The notes under the pieces: generated by a model
Seen by the model: only the letters and a program-made list of their open reading frames with translations
Told to the model about the DNA's origin: nothing
Databases searched by the model: none
Made by a program: the position numbers and the translations under genes
Shown here: positions 1-11,426 of the stretch, piece by piece
Layout: the number at the start of each line of letters is the position of its first letter
Numbering within the stretch: the stretch's first letter is position 1
From: Nemertoderma westbladi
Taxonomy: Eukaryota; Animalia; Xenacoelomorpha
Reading direction: 5' to 3'
DNA: 64,000 bases
Assembly (NCBI GenBank): GCA_032718475.1
Contig: JAUCBJ010007690.1
Location: forward strand, 4,373 to 68,372

Positions 1-3000
1 TAACATTGCATAATTAATTCAGGTATTGATTCATTGTAACATTGCATAATTAATTCAGGTATTGATTCATTGTAACATTGCATAATTAATTCAGGTATTG
101 ATTCATTGTAACATTGCATAATTAATTCAGGTATTGATTCATTGTAACATTGCATAATTAATTCAGGTATTGATTCATTATAACATTGCATAATTAATTC
201 AGGTATTGATTCATTATAACATTGCATAATTAATTCAGGTATTGATTCATTGTAACATTGCATAATTAATTCAGGTATTGATTCATTATAACATTGCATA
301 ATTAATTCAGGTATTGATTCATTGTAACATTGCATAATTAATTCAGGTATTGATTCATTATAACATTGCATAATTAATTCAGGTATTGATTCATTATAAC
401 ATTGCATTATTAATTCAGGTATTGATTCATTGTAACATTGCATAATTAATTCAGGTATTGATTCATTATAACATTGCATAATTAATTCAGGTATTGATTC
501 ATTATAACATTGCATAATTAATTCAGGTATTGATTCATTATAACATTGCATAATTAATTCCGGTAATTATTCATTTATAACATTGCATAATTAATTCAGG
601 TATTGATTCATTGTAACATTGCATAATTAATTCAGGTATTGATTCATTATAACATTGCATAATTAATTCAGGTATTGATTCATTGTAACATTGCATAATT
701 AATTCAGGTATTGATTCATTATAACATTGCATAATTAATTCAGGTATTGATTCATTGTAACATTGCATAATTAATTCAGGTATTGATTCATTATAACATT
801 GCATAATTAATTCAGGTATTGATTCATTGTAACATTGCATAATTAATTCAGGTATTGATTCATTGTAACATTGCATAATTAATTCAGGTATTGATTCATT
901 ATAACATTGCATAATTAATTCAGGTATTGATTCATTATAACATTGCATAATTAATTCAGGTATTGATTCATTGTAACATTGCATAATTAATTCCGGTAAT
1001 TATTCATTATAACATTGCATAATTAATTCAGGTAATTATTCATTATAACATTGCATAATTAATTCAGGTATTGATTCATTATAACATTGCATAATTAATT
1101 CAGGTATTGATTCATTATAACATTGCATAATTAATTCAGGTATTGATTCATTATAACATTGCATAATTAATTCAGGTATTGATTCATTGTAACATTGCAT
1201 AATTAATTCAGGTATTGATTCATTATAACATTGCATAATTAATTCAGGTATTGATTCATTATAACATTGCATAATTAATTCCGGTAATTATTCATTATAA
1301 CATTGCATAATTAATTCAGGTATTGATTCATTATAACATTGCATAATTAATTCTGGTAATTATTCATTATAACATTGCATAATTAATTCAGGTAATTATT
1401 CATTATAACATTGCATAATTAATTCAGGTATTGATTCATTATAACATTGCATAATTAATTCCGGTAATTATTCATTATAACATTGCATAATTAATTCAGG
1501 TATTGATTCATTATAACATTGCATAATTAATTCTGGTAATTATTCATTATAACATTGCATAATTAATTCAGGTATTGATTCATTATAACATTGCATAATT
1601 AATTCAGGTATTGATTCATTGTAACATTGCATAATTAATTCAGGTATTGATTCATTATAACATTGCATAATTAATTCAGGTATTGATTCATTATAACATT
1701 GCATAATTAATTCCGGTAATTATTCATTATAACATTGCATAATTAATTCAGGTATTGATTCATTATAACATTGCATAATTAATTCTGGTAATTATTCATT
1801 ATAACATTGCATAATTAATTCTGGTATTGATTCATTATAACATTGCATAATTAATTCAGGTAATTATTCATTATAACATTGCATAATTAATTCAGGTATT
1901 GATTCATTGTAACATTGCATAATTAATTCAGGTATTGATTCATTATAACATTGCATAATTAATTCAGGTATTGATTCATTGTAACATTGTATAATAATTA
2001 ATTCAGGTATTGATTCATTATAACATTGCATAATTAATTCAGGTATTGATTCATTGTAACATTGCATAATTAATTCAGGTATTGATTCATTATAACATTG
2101 CATAATTAATTCAGGTATTGATTCATTATAACATTGCATAATTAATTCCGGTAATTATTCATTATAACATTGCATAATTAATTCAGGTATTGATTCATTA
2201 TAACATTGCATAATTAATTCAGGTATTGATTCATTGTAACATTGCATAATTAATTCAGGTATTGATTCATTATAACATTGCATAATTAATTCAGGTATTG
2301 ATTCATTGTAACATTGCATAATTAATTCAGGTTTTGATTCATTGTAACATTGCATAATTAATTCTGGTATTGATTCATTATTACATTGCATAATAATTAA
2401 TTCTGGCATTGATTCATTGTAACATTGCATAATTAATTCAGGTATTGATTCATTATAACATTGCATAATTAATTCAGGTATTGATTCATTGTAACATTGC
2501 ATAATTAATTCAGGTATTGATTCATTGTAACATTGCATAATTAATTCTGGTATTGATTCATTATTACATTGCATAATAATTAATTCTGGCATTGATTCAT
2601 TGTAACATTGCATAATTAATTCAGGTATTGATTTATTATAACATTGCATAATTAATTCAGGTATTGATTCATTATAACATTGCATAATTAATTCAGGTAT
2701 TGATTCATTGTAACATTGCATAATTAATTCAGGTATTGATTCATTATAACATTGCATAATTAATTCAGGTATTGATTCATTGTAACATTGCATAATTAAT
2801 TCAGGTATTGATTCATTATAACATTGCATAATTAATTCTGGTATTGATTCATTATTACATTGCATAATAATTAATTCTGGCATTGATTCATTGTAACATT
2901 GCATAATTAATTCAGGTATTGATTCATTGTAACATTGCATAATTAATTCAGGTATTGATTCATTATAACATTGCATAATTAATTCAGGTATTGATTCATT

Positions 3001-4810
3001 GTAACATTGCATAATTAATTCAGGTATTGATTCATTATAACATTGCATAATTAATTCAGGTATTGATTCATTGTAACATTGCATAATTAATTCAGGTATT
3101 GATTCATTATAACATTGCATAATTAATTCAGGTATTGATTCATTGTAACATTGCATAATTAATTCAGGTATTGATTCATTGTAACATTGCATAATTAATT
3201 CAGGTATTGATTCATTATAACATTGCATAATTAATTCCGGTAATTATTCATTATAACATTGCATAATTAATTCAGGTAATTATTCATTATAACATTGCAT
3301 AATTAATTCAGGTAATTATTCATTATAACATTGCATAATTAATTCAGGTATTGATTCATTATAACATTGCATAATTAATTCAGGTATTGATTCATTATAA
3401 CATTGCATAATTAATTCAGGTATTGATTCATTGTAACATTGCATAATTAATTCAGGTATTGATTCATTATAACATTGCATAATTAATTCAGGTATTGATT
3501 CATTGTAACATTGCATAATTAATTCCGGTAATTATTCATTATAACATTGCATAATTAATTCAGGTAATTATTCATTATAACATTGCATAATTAATTCAGG
3601 TATTGATTCATTATAACATTGCATAATTAATTCAGGTATTGATTCATTGTAACATTGCATAATTAATTCAGGTATTGATTCATTATAACATTGCATAATT
3701 AATTCAGGTATTGATTCATTATAACATTGCATAATTAATTCCGGTAATTATTCATTATAACATTGCATAATTAATTCAGGTATTGATTCATTATAACATT
3801 GCATAATTAATTCAGGTATTGATTCATTATAACATTGCATAATTAATTCAGGTATTGATTCATTGTAACATTGCATAATTAATTCCGGTAATTATTCATT
3901 ATAACATTGCATAATTAATTCAGGTAATTATTCATTATAACATTGCATAATTAATTCAGGTATTGATTCATTATAACATTGCATAATTAATTCAGGTATT
4001 GATTCATTATAACATTGCATAATTAATTCAGGTATTGATTCATTATAACATTGCATAATTAATTCAGGTAATTATTCATTATAACATTGCATAATTAATT
4101 CAGGTATTGATTCATTATAACATTGCATAATTAATTCAGGTAATTATTCATTATAACATTGCATAATTAATTCAGGTATTGATTCATTATAACATTGCAT
4201 AATTAATTCAGGTAATTATTCATTATAACATTGCATAATTAATTCAGGTATTGATTCATTATAACATTGCATAATTAATTCAGGTATTGATTCATTATAA
4301 CATTGCATAATTAATTCAGGTATTGATTCATTATAACATTGCATAATTAATTCAGGTATTGATTCATTGTAACATTGCATAATTAATTCAGGTATTGATT
4401 CATTATAACATTGCATAATTAATTCAGGTATTGATTCATTATAACATTGCATAATTAATTCCGGTAATTATTCATTATAACATTGCATAATTAATTCAGG
4501 TAATTATTCATTATAACATTGCATAATTAATTCAGGTATTGATTCATTATAACATTGCATAATTAATTCAGGTATTGATTCATTGTAACATTGCATAATT
4601 AATTCAGGTATTGATTCATTGTAACATTGCATAATTAATTCAGGTATTGATTCATTATAACATTGCATAATTAATTCAGGTATTGATTCATTATAACATT
4701 GCATAATTAATTCAGGTATTGATTCATTGTAACATTGCATAATTAATTCAGGTATTGATTCATTATAACATTGCATAATTAATTCAGGTATTGATTCATT
4801 TATAACATTG
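1..4810. repeat. 36-bp AT-rich tandem satellite, left segment (continues beyond window start)
   Basis: Head-to-tail monomer TAACATTGCATAATTAATTCAGGTATTGATTCATT(A/G), ~22-25% GC. Local variants are GGTAATTATTC, TTCCGG/TTCTGG and a 39-bp CATAATAATT form. Confidence 0.99.
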
Positions 4811-5476
4811 TGTTAACGGATCCAGGTCGTCCCGTCCGCTATCACTTGGTCCCATCCAAATTACCACTCAATATATGAGTGCCAATATGACTCCCATTAA
4901 AGAGCCACTCCAATAATAGTAACACGTGGTACCAAAAAACCAATTTAGCGATACCCATACTGGCTGTTAACCCACAGGGTGTACTGTAGGGATCGCATTA
5001 TTATTATAAGGTGCTAACATTATTGCCTTGCCAATTACTCATCCTTAGAGGTTCCAACAGTGGAGAGCCAATGACAAGCCACAAACCAAAACCAGCTGAC
5101 ACATATCTGATATAATCCTATGTGGCTACTGTACTAACCTCAGATGCACACCTCAGCATATCAAGGTGCAGTACACATTTACGCCTGATAGTGTTGTATC
5201 GGTAGGTAGCCAGCAGACATTCAATACGGACCGAACTCAAATATTTATTACCAGTCAGTCATTAAGCTCCCGTTAACCTCCAAGGACGAGTAACCAGCAC
5301 CACTACAGTTGCGTTGTGCAGTTACTAACGGCCATTATTACAATTAATCACCTACAAACTATTATCTGCTCCTTTTCTTATAACTCTGGTTACCTCCGCA
5401 TACCTCAAAGCAGCAAAGCACCAACCTCAAGTGTGTCTCGGAGGCCCGTTTCGGACTGCACCCCGATCCGGGCACA
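4811..5476 (+). repeat. 5' LTR (666 bp)
   Basis: TGTTAACGGA...CCGGGCACA. Matches 10761-11426 with one difference seen by eye (C5404 vs T11354). Confidence 0.97.
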
Positions 5477-5489
5477 ATACAACACCATC
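5477..5489 (+). promoter_or_regulatory. Atypical primer-binding-site position, complementary to LTR 5187-5199 (candidate self-priming site)
   Basis: ATACAACACCATC follows the LTR-terminal CA directly, with no TGG. Its reverse complement GATGGTGTTGTAT matches LTR GATAGTGTTGTAT at 12/13 (9 contiguous). Confidence 0.6.
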
Positions 5490-5634
5490 GCTATGCGCGC
5501 ATGTCTACAACAACCAGCAACGCGCGAATAAAACTTAATACTGTAATAAACTCGAGAAATCGCTGACGACTCAAGTTCGCTCAATACGATAAACTCGAGA
5601 AGGAGGAAAGTAACTAAATTCTTCGACGAGTAAA

Positions 5635-8600
5635 ATGAGCGCTACGAGAAGTGTGACAACGTCTCTGTCAAGCGCTGCGGGGGGCTCCACGACGCTAACC
5701 GCGAACGTAACGGGTAGGGAGGACGCCCAACGACGGAAGACCGACGACGGACGCCCGCGCTTTCCTACAGCGGTGAGCGACCATTCCTTTACGGGGTCCG
5801 ATGGACGACGGGGATCAGGACCCGTCGTTCCGGACAAAATTACAACCGCCGATCCGAATATCGGTGGTTCCAACCACGAGGAAGCGGGGAGCGAAGCGGA
5901 CCAAACTCTCCGCGCTCCTCCGGAGAGATACGCCATATCGAATCCTACGACAACCCAAACGAACTCAATCACTACTCAACATCGAACCGGCGCTAAGACA
6001 ACCGCAGACCTCGCCGTCCCAACGACGCTGACGGCTGGCAGGTCTATGTTGCGACAGGCAACGGCGGATGCCGGCGCTGGCGTTGGACAACTCGCCACTG
6101 CACCCCGATCCGGGCACAATACAACACTTTATAACACCGGTGTTGAAGTACTAATCAGGTTTCGACAAGGAACCTTGGCATTCTCATGTGACATCGAGGC
6201 CATGTTCCATCAAGTGAACGTGTACCTCGAGGATAGTGAGAGCCTCAGGTTCCTATGGTATGATGGTGATAAACCAATTGAACCTGATAAGTACAAGATG
6301 ACTGTCCATATCTTCGGCACAAAGGACTCCCCTTATGTGGCTACAAAATGCCTTAGGCAAACCACAGAAGGGAAGGAAGGTATCTATGACACCAGTGCCA
6401 TAGATATGATCCATAAGGGGTTCTATGTTGATGATGGACTAGGATCAAGCAACTCCTTGGCAGATATGGTTAAAACGGCGACACAAGTCGTAGAGATTCT
6501 AATGGGGGGAGGGTTCCGTCTCACAAAGTTCAAATCTAATTCCAAGGAGTTTGTCGATATTATGGAAACCAAAGAAAAAACGTCCCAATTTGGGCCACAA
6601 AATACCCAAAATGAGATACCAGGGGATACACAATACATATCATCCGAACCCCAATTAGAACGCAGTGACATAGAACAACTATGCCGAAACAACAGTGTGA
6701 TGCCAACCGGAGTAGACAGCATACTCACAGAACGGAAGCGGGAAGCTGATTCTCGAGTTCTAGGCATCACATGGAACAGGGAGACTGATGCATTAGAATA
6801 TATATTCAAACACACAGAACCCTTGGTCCACACAAAACGAGCTTATGTTTCAAACATAGCTAAAATGTATGACCCGCTGGGTCTGGTGGCACCAGTTATA
6901 GTAGTTGGCAAACAAATCCTAAGGGATGTTTACCTCCTTAAGTGCCCATGGGACCAAGTCCTACCAGACACAATAAGTAAACAATGGTGTGTTTGGCTAG
7001 AGAGTTTGGCAGCAATACCGAAACTCAGCATACCACGGGCATACTTTGAAAATGGAGATACCACTAACTTAGATCTCCATGTATTCACTGATGCATCTAC
7101 TAAAGGGTATGGTGCAGCGTTATACATAGTACAGAAAGGAGAAGGTTCTCTGCTACCTCGCCTTGTATTCAGTAAAGCGAGAGCAGCCCCTCTCAAGAAG
7201 CCAACAATACCTAGGTTAGAGCTGATGGCGGCAATAACCGGGGTAAGAGCCTCTATACAAGTAGCAAATTACCTAACACAAATCCAGGACAAACACTACT
7301 GGGTAGACTCTACGGCAGTTCTGGGGTGCATTGCCAACGAGGCACGTAGATTTAAGGTATTCGTTGCTAATAGAATTGACGAAATCCGGTCCACCACAAA
7401 CTTAGACAATTGGCACTATTGTCCTACCGAGAGAAATCCAGCTGATCTGGTCTCCCGGGGGATACACAATAAATCATTCATTGAGAAAGAACAATTCTGG
7501 CAGCATGGCCCAGAGTTTCTTCCCCTACCAAATGAATGGCCAAAATTCCCAACGAAGGAAGTAGAACAGGCGTTAGCTGACCTGGAAGATGAAATTCGGC
7601 CAGAAATGGCCTATAGTTCCCTAATGGGAACCCAAACAGCGACCGATAAACTTCTGTCTTATAGTTCATCATGGTATAAGACAAGAAAATTTGTCGCTTA
7701 CTTTATGGCCTATAGGCAATACTTATATTGTAGATGCAAGGGACCCAAGCCTGACATAGACTTGGCATCAGCCGAAAAGTTGATCATATCATATGAGCAG
7801 CGAAAGGCATACCCAGAGGAGATAAAACGGTTGAGAGCTGGGAAATCTGTACAGCCGGAGAGCTCCATAAGAACTCTGAGCCCCAAACTCACTGACTCTG
7901 GATTAATAGTGATGGACTCACGGGTACAACATGCCTCAAGTATACTAGTACCATTGAAACCAATAATACTACCGAGAAAATCGACTATTGTAACCCAAAT
8001 AATAAATGATTGTCATGCACAGACATTACATGGGGGCACTGATATGACATTAACATCGGTGCGTCGTACATTCTGGATACCAGCCGTACGCAAGAAAATA
8101 AAATCTATGGTGGGGACCTGCCAAACATGCCGCAAGCAAAAGAGGAAGAGGGAAAGCCAATTGATGGCATCCCTACCCAAGGAAAGAACCCTAGGGTATG
8201 AACCACCATTCTCATACACCGGTACTGACATGTTCGGCCCACTCACCATAAAAGTCAAACGCCACCATGAGAACCGCTATGGCATAATATTTGTATGCCT
8301 CACCTCACGAGCAATAGCGCTAGAACTAGCGGTAGATGCATCTGCGAGCGCATTCATAAATGCACTCCGCAGATTCATCAACCAACATGGTTCTATAAAG
8401 AAGCTGTACTCGGATAATGGCACAAATTTCATAGGGGCAGAAAAACAGCTTCGAGAGGCAGGATGTACCTTCCAATCAAAGGAAGTCATGAATGCCATGA
8501 GAAGTGATGGCATTGTGTGGGAGAAGAGAACACCATATGCGCCTCACACCCTAGGGTTTGTTGAAAGACTTATTGGTATTACAAAGAGACTCATGACTGC

Positions 8601-9126
8601 ACTACTTAGGAAACATATAGTCACCGAAGACGTCCTAAGAACAGTCCTAGCAGAAGCACAAGGAGCCATGAATAGTAGGCCCTTGTGCCCTCTTCAAGAT
8701 GATCCAACATCGTTAGAGATACTAACCCCCTCTCACTTATTACTCAGAAGACCAGCCCAGTTAATGAACCGGGGTTCGTGGGACAAATCGGACTTGTACT
8801 CTAAACAGTCATGGCGAATAGTACAGGTATTGTCTGATGAGTATTGGAAGCGGTGGACAGATGAATACATCCCAACACTCCACAAGCGACAGAAGTGGGG
8901 TAAACAACAGCGAAACCTTCAGCCAGGCGATCTGGTATTAGTTACCGACAACGCAATGGTAAAGGACGACTGGCGGATGGCACGCATAGTTAAATGCCAT
9001 CCCGGGACCGACGGCAAAGTCAGAACGGTTGAGGTCACCCTGGGTGGTGATAGCAAGAAAACTTACAGACGCCCAGTAAGCAACTGTTGCTTACTGGAAG
9101 GAAACACCCTCAATCTCGAGACCTAG
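5635..9126 (+). CDS. BEL/Pao Pol-like polyprotein: low-complexity leader fused to N-truncated RT, RNase H and integrase (1163 aa)
   Basis: RT: VLIRFRQ..DIEAMFHQV, FG..DSPY, YVDD, VLGITWN, YDPLG. RNase H: LHVFTDAS, IPRLEL, WVDS, NPADLVSRG. Integrase: H-x4-H...CQTC, DMFGP, SDNGTNF, VERLIG, LTPSHLL, GDLVLV, DGKVRTVEV. Confidence 0.94.
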   Translation: MSATRSVTTSLSSAAGGSTTLTANVTGREDAQRRKTDDGRPRFPTAVSDHSFTGSDGRRGSGPVVPDKITTADPNIGGSNHEEAGSEADQTLRAPPERYAISNPTTTQTNSITTQHRTGAKTTADLAVPTTLTAGRSMLRQATADAGAGVGQLATAPRSGHNTTLYNTGVEVLIRFRQGTLAFSCDIEAMFHQVNVYLEDSESLRFLWYDGDKPIEPDKYKMTVHIFGTKDSPYVATKCLRQTTEGKEGIYDTSAIDMIHKGFYVDDGLGSSNSLADMVKTATQVVEILMGGGFRLTKFKSNSKEFVDIMETKEKTSQFGPQNTQNEIPGDTQYISSEPQLERSDIEQLCRNNSVMPTGVDSILTERKREADSRVLGITWNRETDALEYIFKHTEPLVHTKRAYVSNIAKMYDPLGLVAPVIVVGKQILRDVYLLKCPWDQVLPDTISKQWCVWLESLAAIPKLSIPRAYFENGDTTNLDLHVFTDASTKGYGAALYIVQKGEGSLLPRLVFSKARAAPLKKPTIPRLELMAAITGVRASIQVANYLTQIQDKHYWVDSTAVLGCIANEARRFKVFVANRIDEIRSTTNLDNWHYCPTERNPADLVSRGIHNKSFIEKEQFWQHGPEFLPLPNEWPKFPTKEVEQALADLEDEIRPEMAYSSLMGTQTATDKLLSYSSSWYKTRKFVAYFMAYRQYLYCRCKGPKPDIDLASAEKLIISYEQRKAYPEEIKRLRAGKSVQPESSIRTLSPKLTDSGLIVMDSRVQHASSILVPLKPIILPRKSTIVTQIINDCHAQTLHGGTDMTLTSVRRTFWIPAVRKKIKSMVGTCQTCRKQKRKRESQLMASLPKERTLGYEPPFSYTGTDMFGPLTIKVKRHHENRYGIIFVCLTSRAIALELAVDASASAFINALRRFINQHGSIKKLYSDNGTNFIGAEKQLREAGCTFQSKEVMNAMRSDGIVWEKRTPYAPHTLGFVERLIGITKRLMTALLRKHIVTEDVLRTVLAEAQGAMNSRPLCPLQDDPTSLEILTPSHLLLRRPAQLMNRGSWDKSDLYSKQSWRIVQVLSDEYWKRWTDEYIPTLHKRQKWGKQQRNLQPGDLVLVTDNAMVKDDWRMARIVKCHPGTDGKVRTVEVTLGGDSKKTYRRPVSNCCLLEGNTLNLET

Positions 9127-10752
9127 TAGTGTAGGTCTGGGGGGGCGGGAGTTGCATTTACGAGAGTAAGAAAAATAAATTCTCGTAGATTCCACCCTGT
9201 TGTATTCAAATATAATGGGCACAACACCATATATATATAATAAATAAATAAAGAAAATTATGTACAGTAGAAAATACGACACTGTTGTGAGACTACATAT
9301 CATACTGTAGGCAGGTAGGAAACCGAAATACAGTAGCGAGGTCTACATAGAAAAACATATATATGTTAAAACTGAAAGAAAGTAAAAAATTGAAACAGTT
9401 ATAATATCATGTATGTACGATATTATATTAAAATAAAGTATAAAGTACACAAAAAGTAACTTTATTTGGTAAGTAACGTAATTACTAAATTAGGTTTTAT
9501 GTAATTTATTAAAAATAGGTAACTTAGTAAGAGGGACAGTTATAGCTATAAAATTATTACACATGTCAGAAATAACTGACTTGTAGGGAGTTAGAGTAAC
9601 AATTATAGTAAATTTACGAAATCTACATCACCAATAAAATTCACAAATCAGACAGGAGATTTGACGACAGCAAAACAGTTGAGAGATAAAATAAATCGAC
9701 AGCAATGTTCAGTTTCATTGGACTGGCCACCCACTGAACGACTGATATTAACTAACGATTAGACGAGTACGAGTACAGCTCGATAGTGACGGACAATCAT
9801 ACTCGAACTCGAGCATTGACACAACTCATAGTAATATATAAATCACTTCTCCGTGTGCAAGTGTGTGCGTGTGAAAATGTATGCGTGCGTGAATTACACA
9901 AAAAAAAAAAAAAAATAAAAAAAATAAAAAAAAAAAATATTACTCCCTAGAAATATTTAAATGGAATGGGCGAGTAATATCTCATTATGAGATACTACCC
10001 TAATGGGAAGTTGTGAATAAGTAGAATAGTGAATAAGTATCAACTTGATGCTTCAACACAAAGGTTGTTAAGACAATTTGTGTGGCATCGGATAGACAAA
10101 ATAATTTATATCAGATATAAATAATTTGTGAATGTGCAAAAATGTGTGAAAACTGACATACTTAGCGTAATCAGTGTAAGCACATAGGAAAGGTAACATA
10201 CTCAAATAATTACCTTCCCGACATCGTGTAGAAACATACATAATGTAATTTCTACTCAGTGAGTGAGAGGATCGATGTAATATCCAACCCGCGAAATGTG
10301 TGTGAATTCCAGACATGTGCAGATATGGACATCGGAGCGGACAAACTAATATGTGTTAAATACAAAATTAGTGTGTTGAGAGTGCTTTAACTCAAGTTTA
10401 GAGTACATCAGTGGATTTATGACATCCACCAAAATACAGGCAGGGTACACCACACCCACTAAGGAACCTAACATGTCTTCAAAGACACGAAGGCACCGTC
10501 CACACCTATGATATGCAAGCAATGGGCTTCATACATAGGATGGATTACTCTAGTAATCCGGGATAGGGAGCTCAATAAATTGAACTCACCAACTCCATAC
10601 ATTTTTTTTTGTCAAAACGTGAAAACAGGAAAATATTGTGATCGCGTCTAATACTGAGATTCTGGATTCAAATCCGGAATATCACAAAAAAACGGACAAA
10701 GAGACTGGATGTTAAGTTTAGATATCATCCCCATCAGCATGGGTGATGACAT

Positions 10753-10760
10753 GGGGGGAG
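10753..10760 (+). promoter_or_regulatory. Polypurine tract
   Basis: GGGGGGAG immediately upstream of the TG of the 3' LTR. Confidence 0.85.
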
Positions 10761-11426
10761 TGTTAACGGATCCAGGTCGTCCCGTCCGCTATCACTTGGT
10801 CCCATCCAAATTACCACTCAATATATGAGTGCCAATATGACTCCCATTAAAGAGCCACTCCAATAATAGTAACACGTGGTACCAAAAAACCAATTTAGCG
10901 ATACCCATACTGGCTGTTAACCCACAGGGTGTACTGTAGGGATCGCATTATTATTATAAGGTGCTAACATTATTGCCTTGCCAATTACTCATCCTTAGAG
11001 GTTCCAACAGTGGAGAGCCAATGACAAGCCACAAACCAAAACCAGCTGACACATATCTGATATAATCCTATGTGGCTACTGTACTAACCTCAGATGCACA
11101 CCTCAGCATATCAAGGTGCAGTACACATTTACGCCTGATAGTGTTGTATCGGTAGGTAGCCAGCAGACATTCAATACGGACCGAACTCAAATATTTATTA
11201 CCAGTCAGTCATTAAGCTCCCGTTAACCTCCAAGGACGAGTAACCAGCACCACTACAGTTGCGTTGTGCAGTTACTAACGGCCATTATTACAATTAATCA
11301 CCTACAAACTATTATCTGCTCCTTTTCTTATAACTCTGGTTACCTCCGCATACTTCAAAGCAGCAAAGCACCAACCTCAAGTGTGTCTCGGAGGCCCGTT
11401 TCGGACTGCACCCCGATCCGGGCACA
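10761..11426 (+). repeat. 3' LTR (666 bp)
   Basis: Direct repeat of 4811-5476 at offset 5950, followed by TSD CATTG and in-register resumption of the satellite. Confidence 0.97.

Larger units (their letters stand above)
4811..11426 (+). mobile_element. BEL/Pao-superfamily LTR retrotransposon, internally deleted (no recognisable gag/protease), very recent insertion
   Basis: Two 666-bp TG...CA direct repeats, 5-bp TSD CATTG (4806-4810 and 11427-11431), a PPT before the 3' LTR, and an RT-RNaseH-integrase ORF with BEL/Pao signature motifs. Confidence 0.96.

Noticed and set aside
5316-10316. Short overlapping or antisense ORFs within the LTR element (5316, 5571, 5801, 6423, 6930, 7478, 7710, 8013, 8277, 9091, 10068)
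   Set aside because: These are shadows of the pol frame or chance ORFs. No motifs are recognisable and there is no env-like signal/TM architecture.
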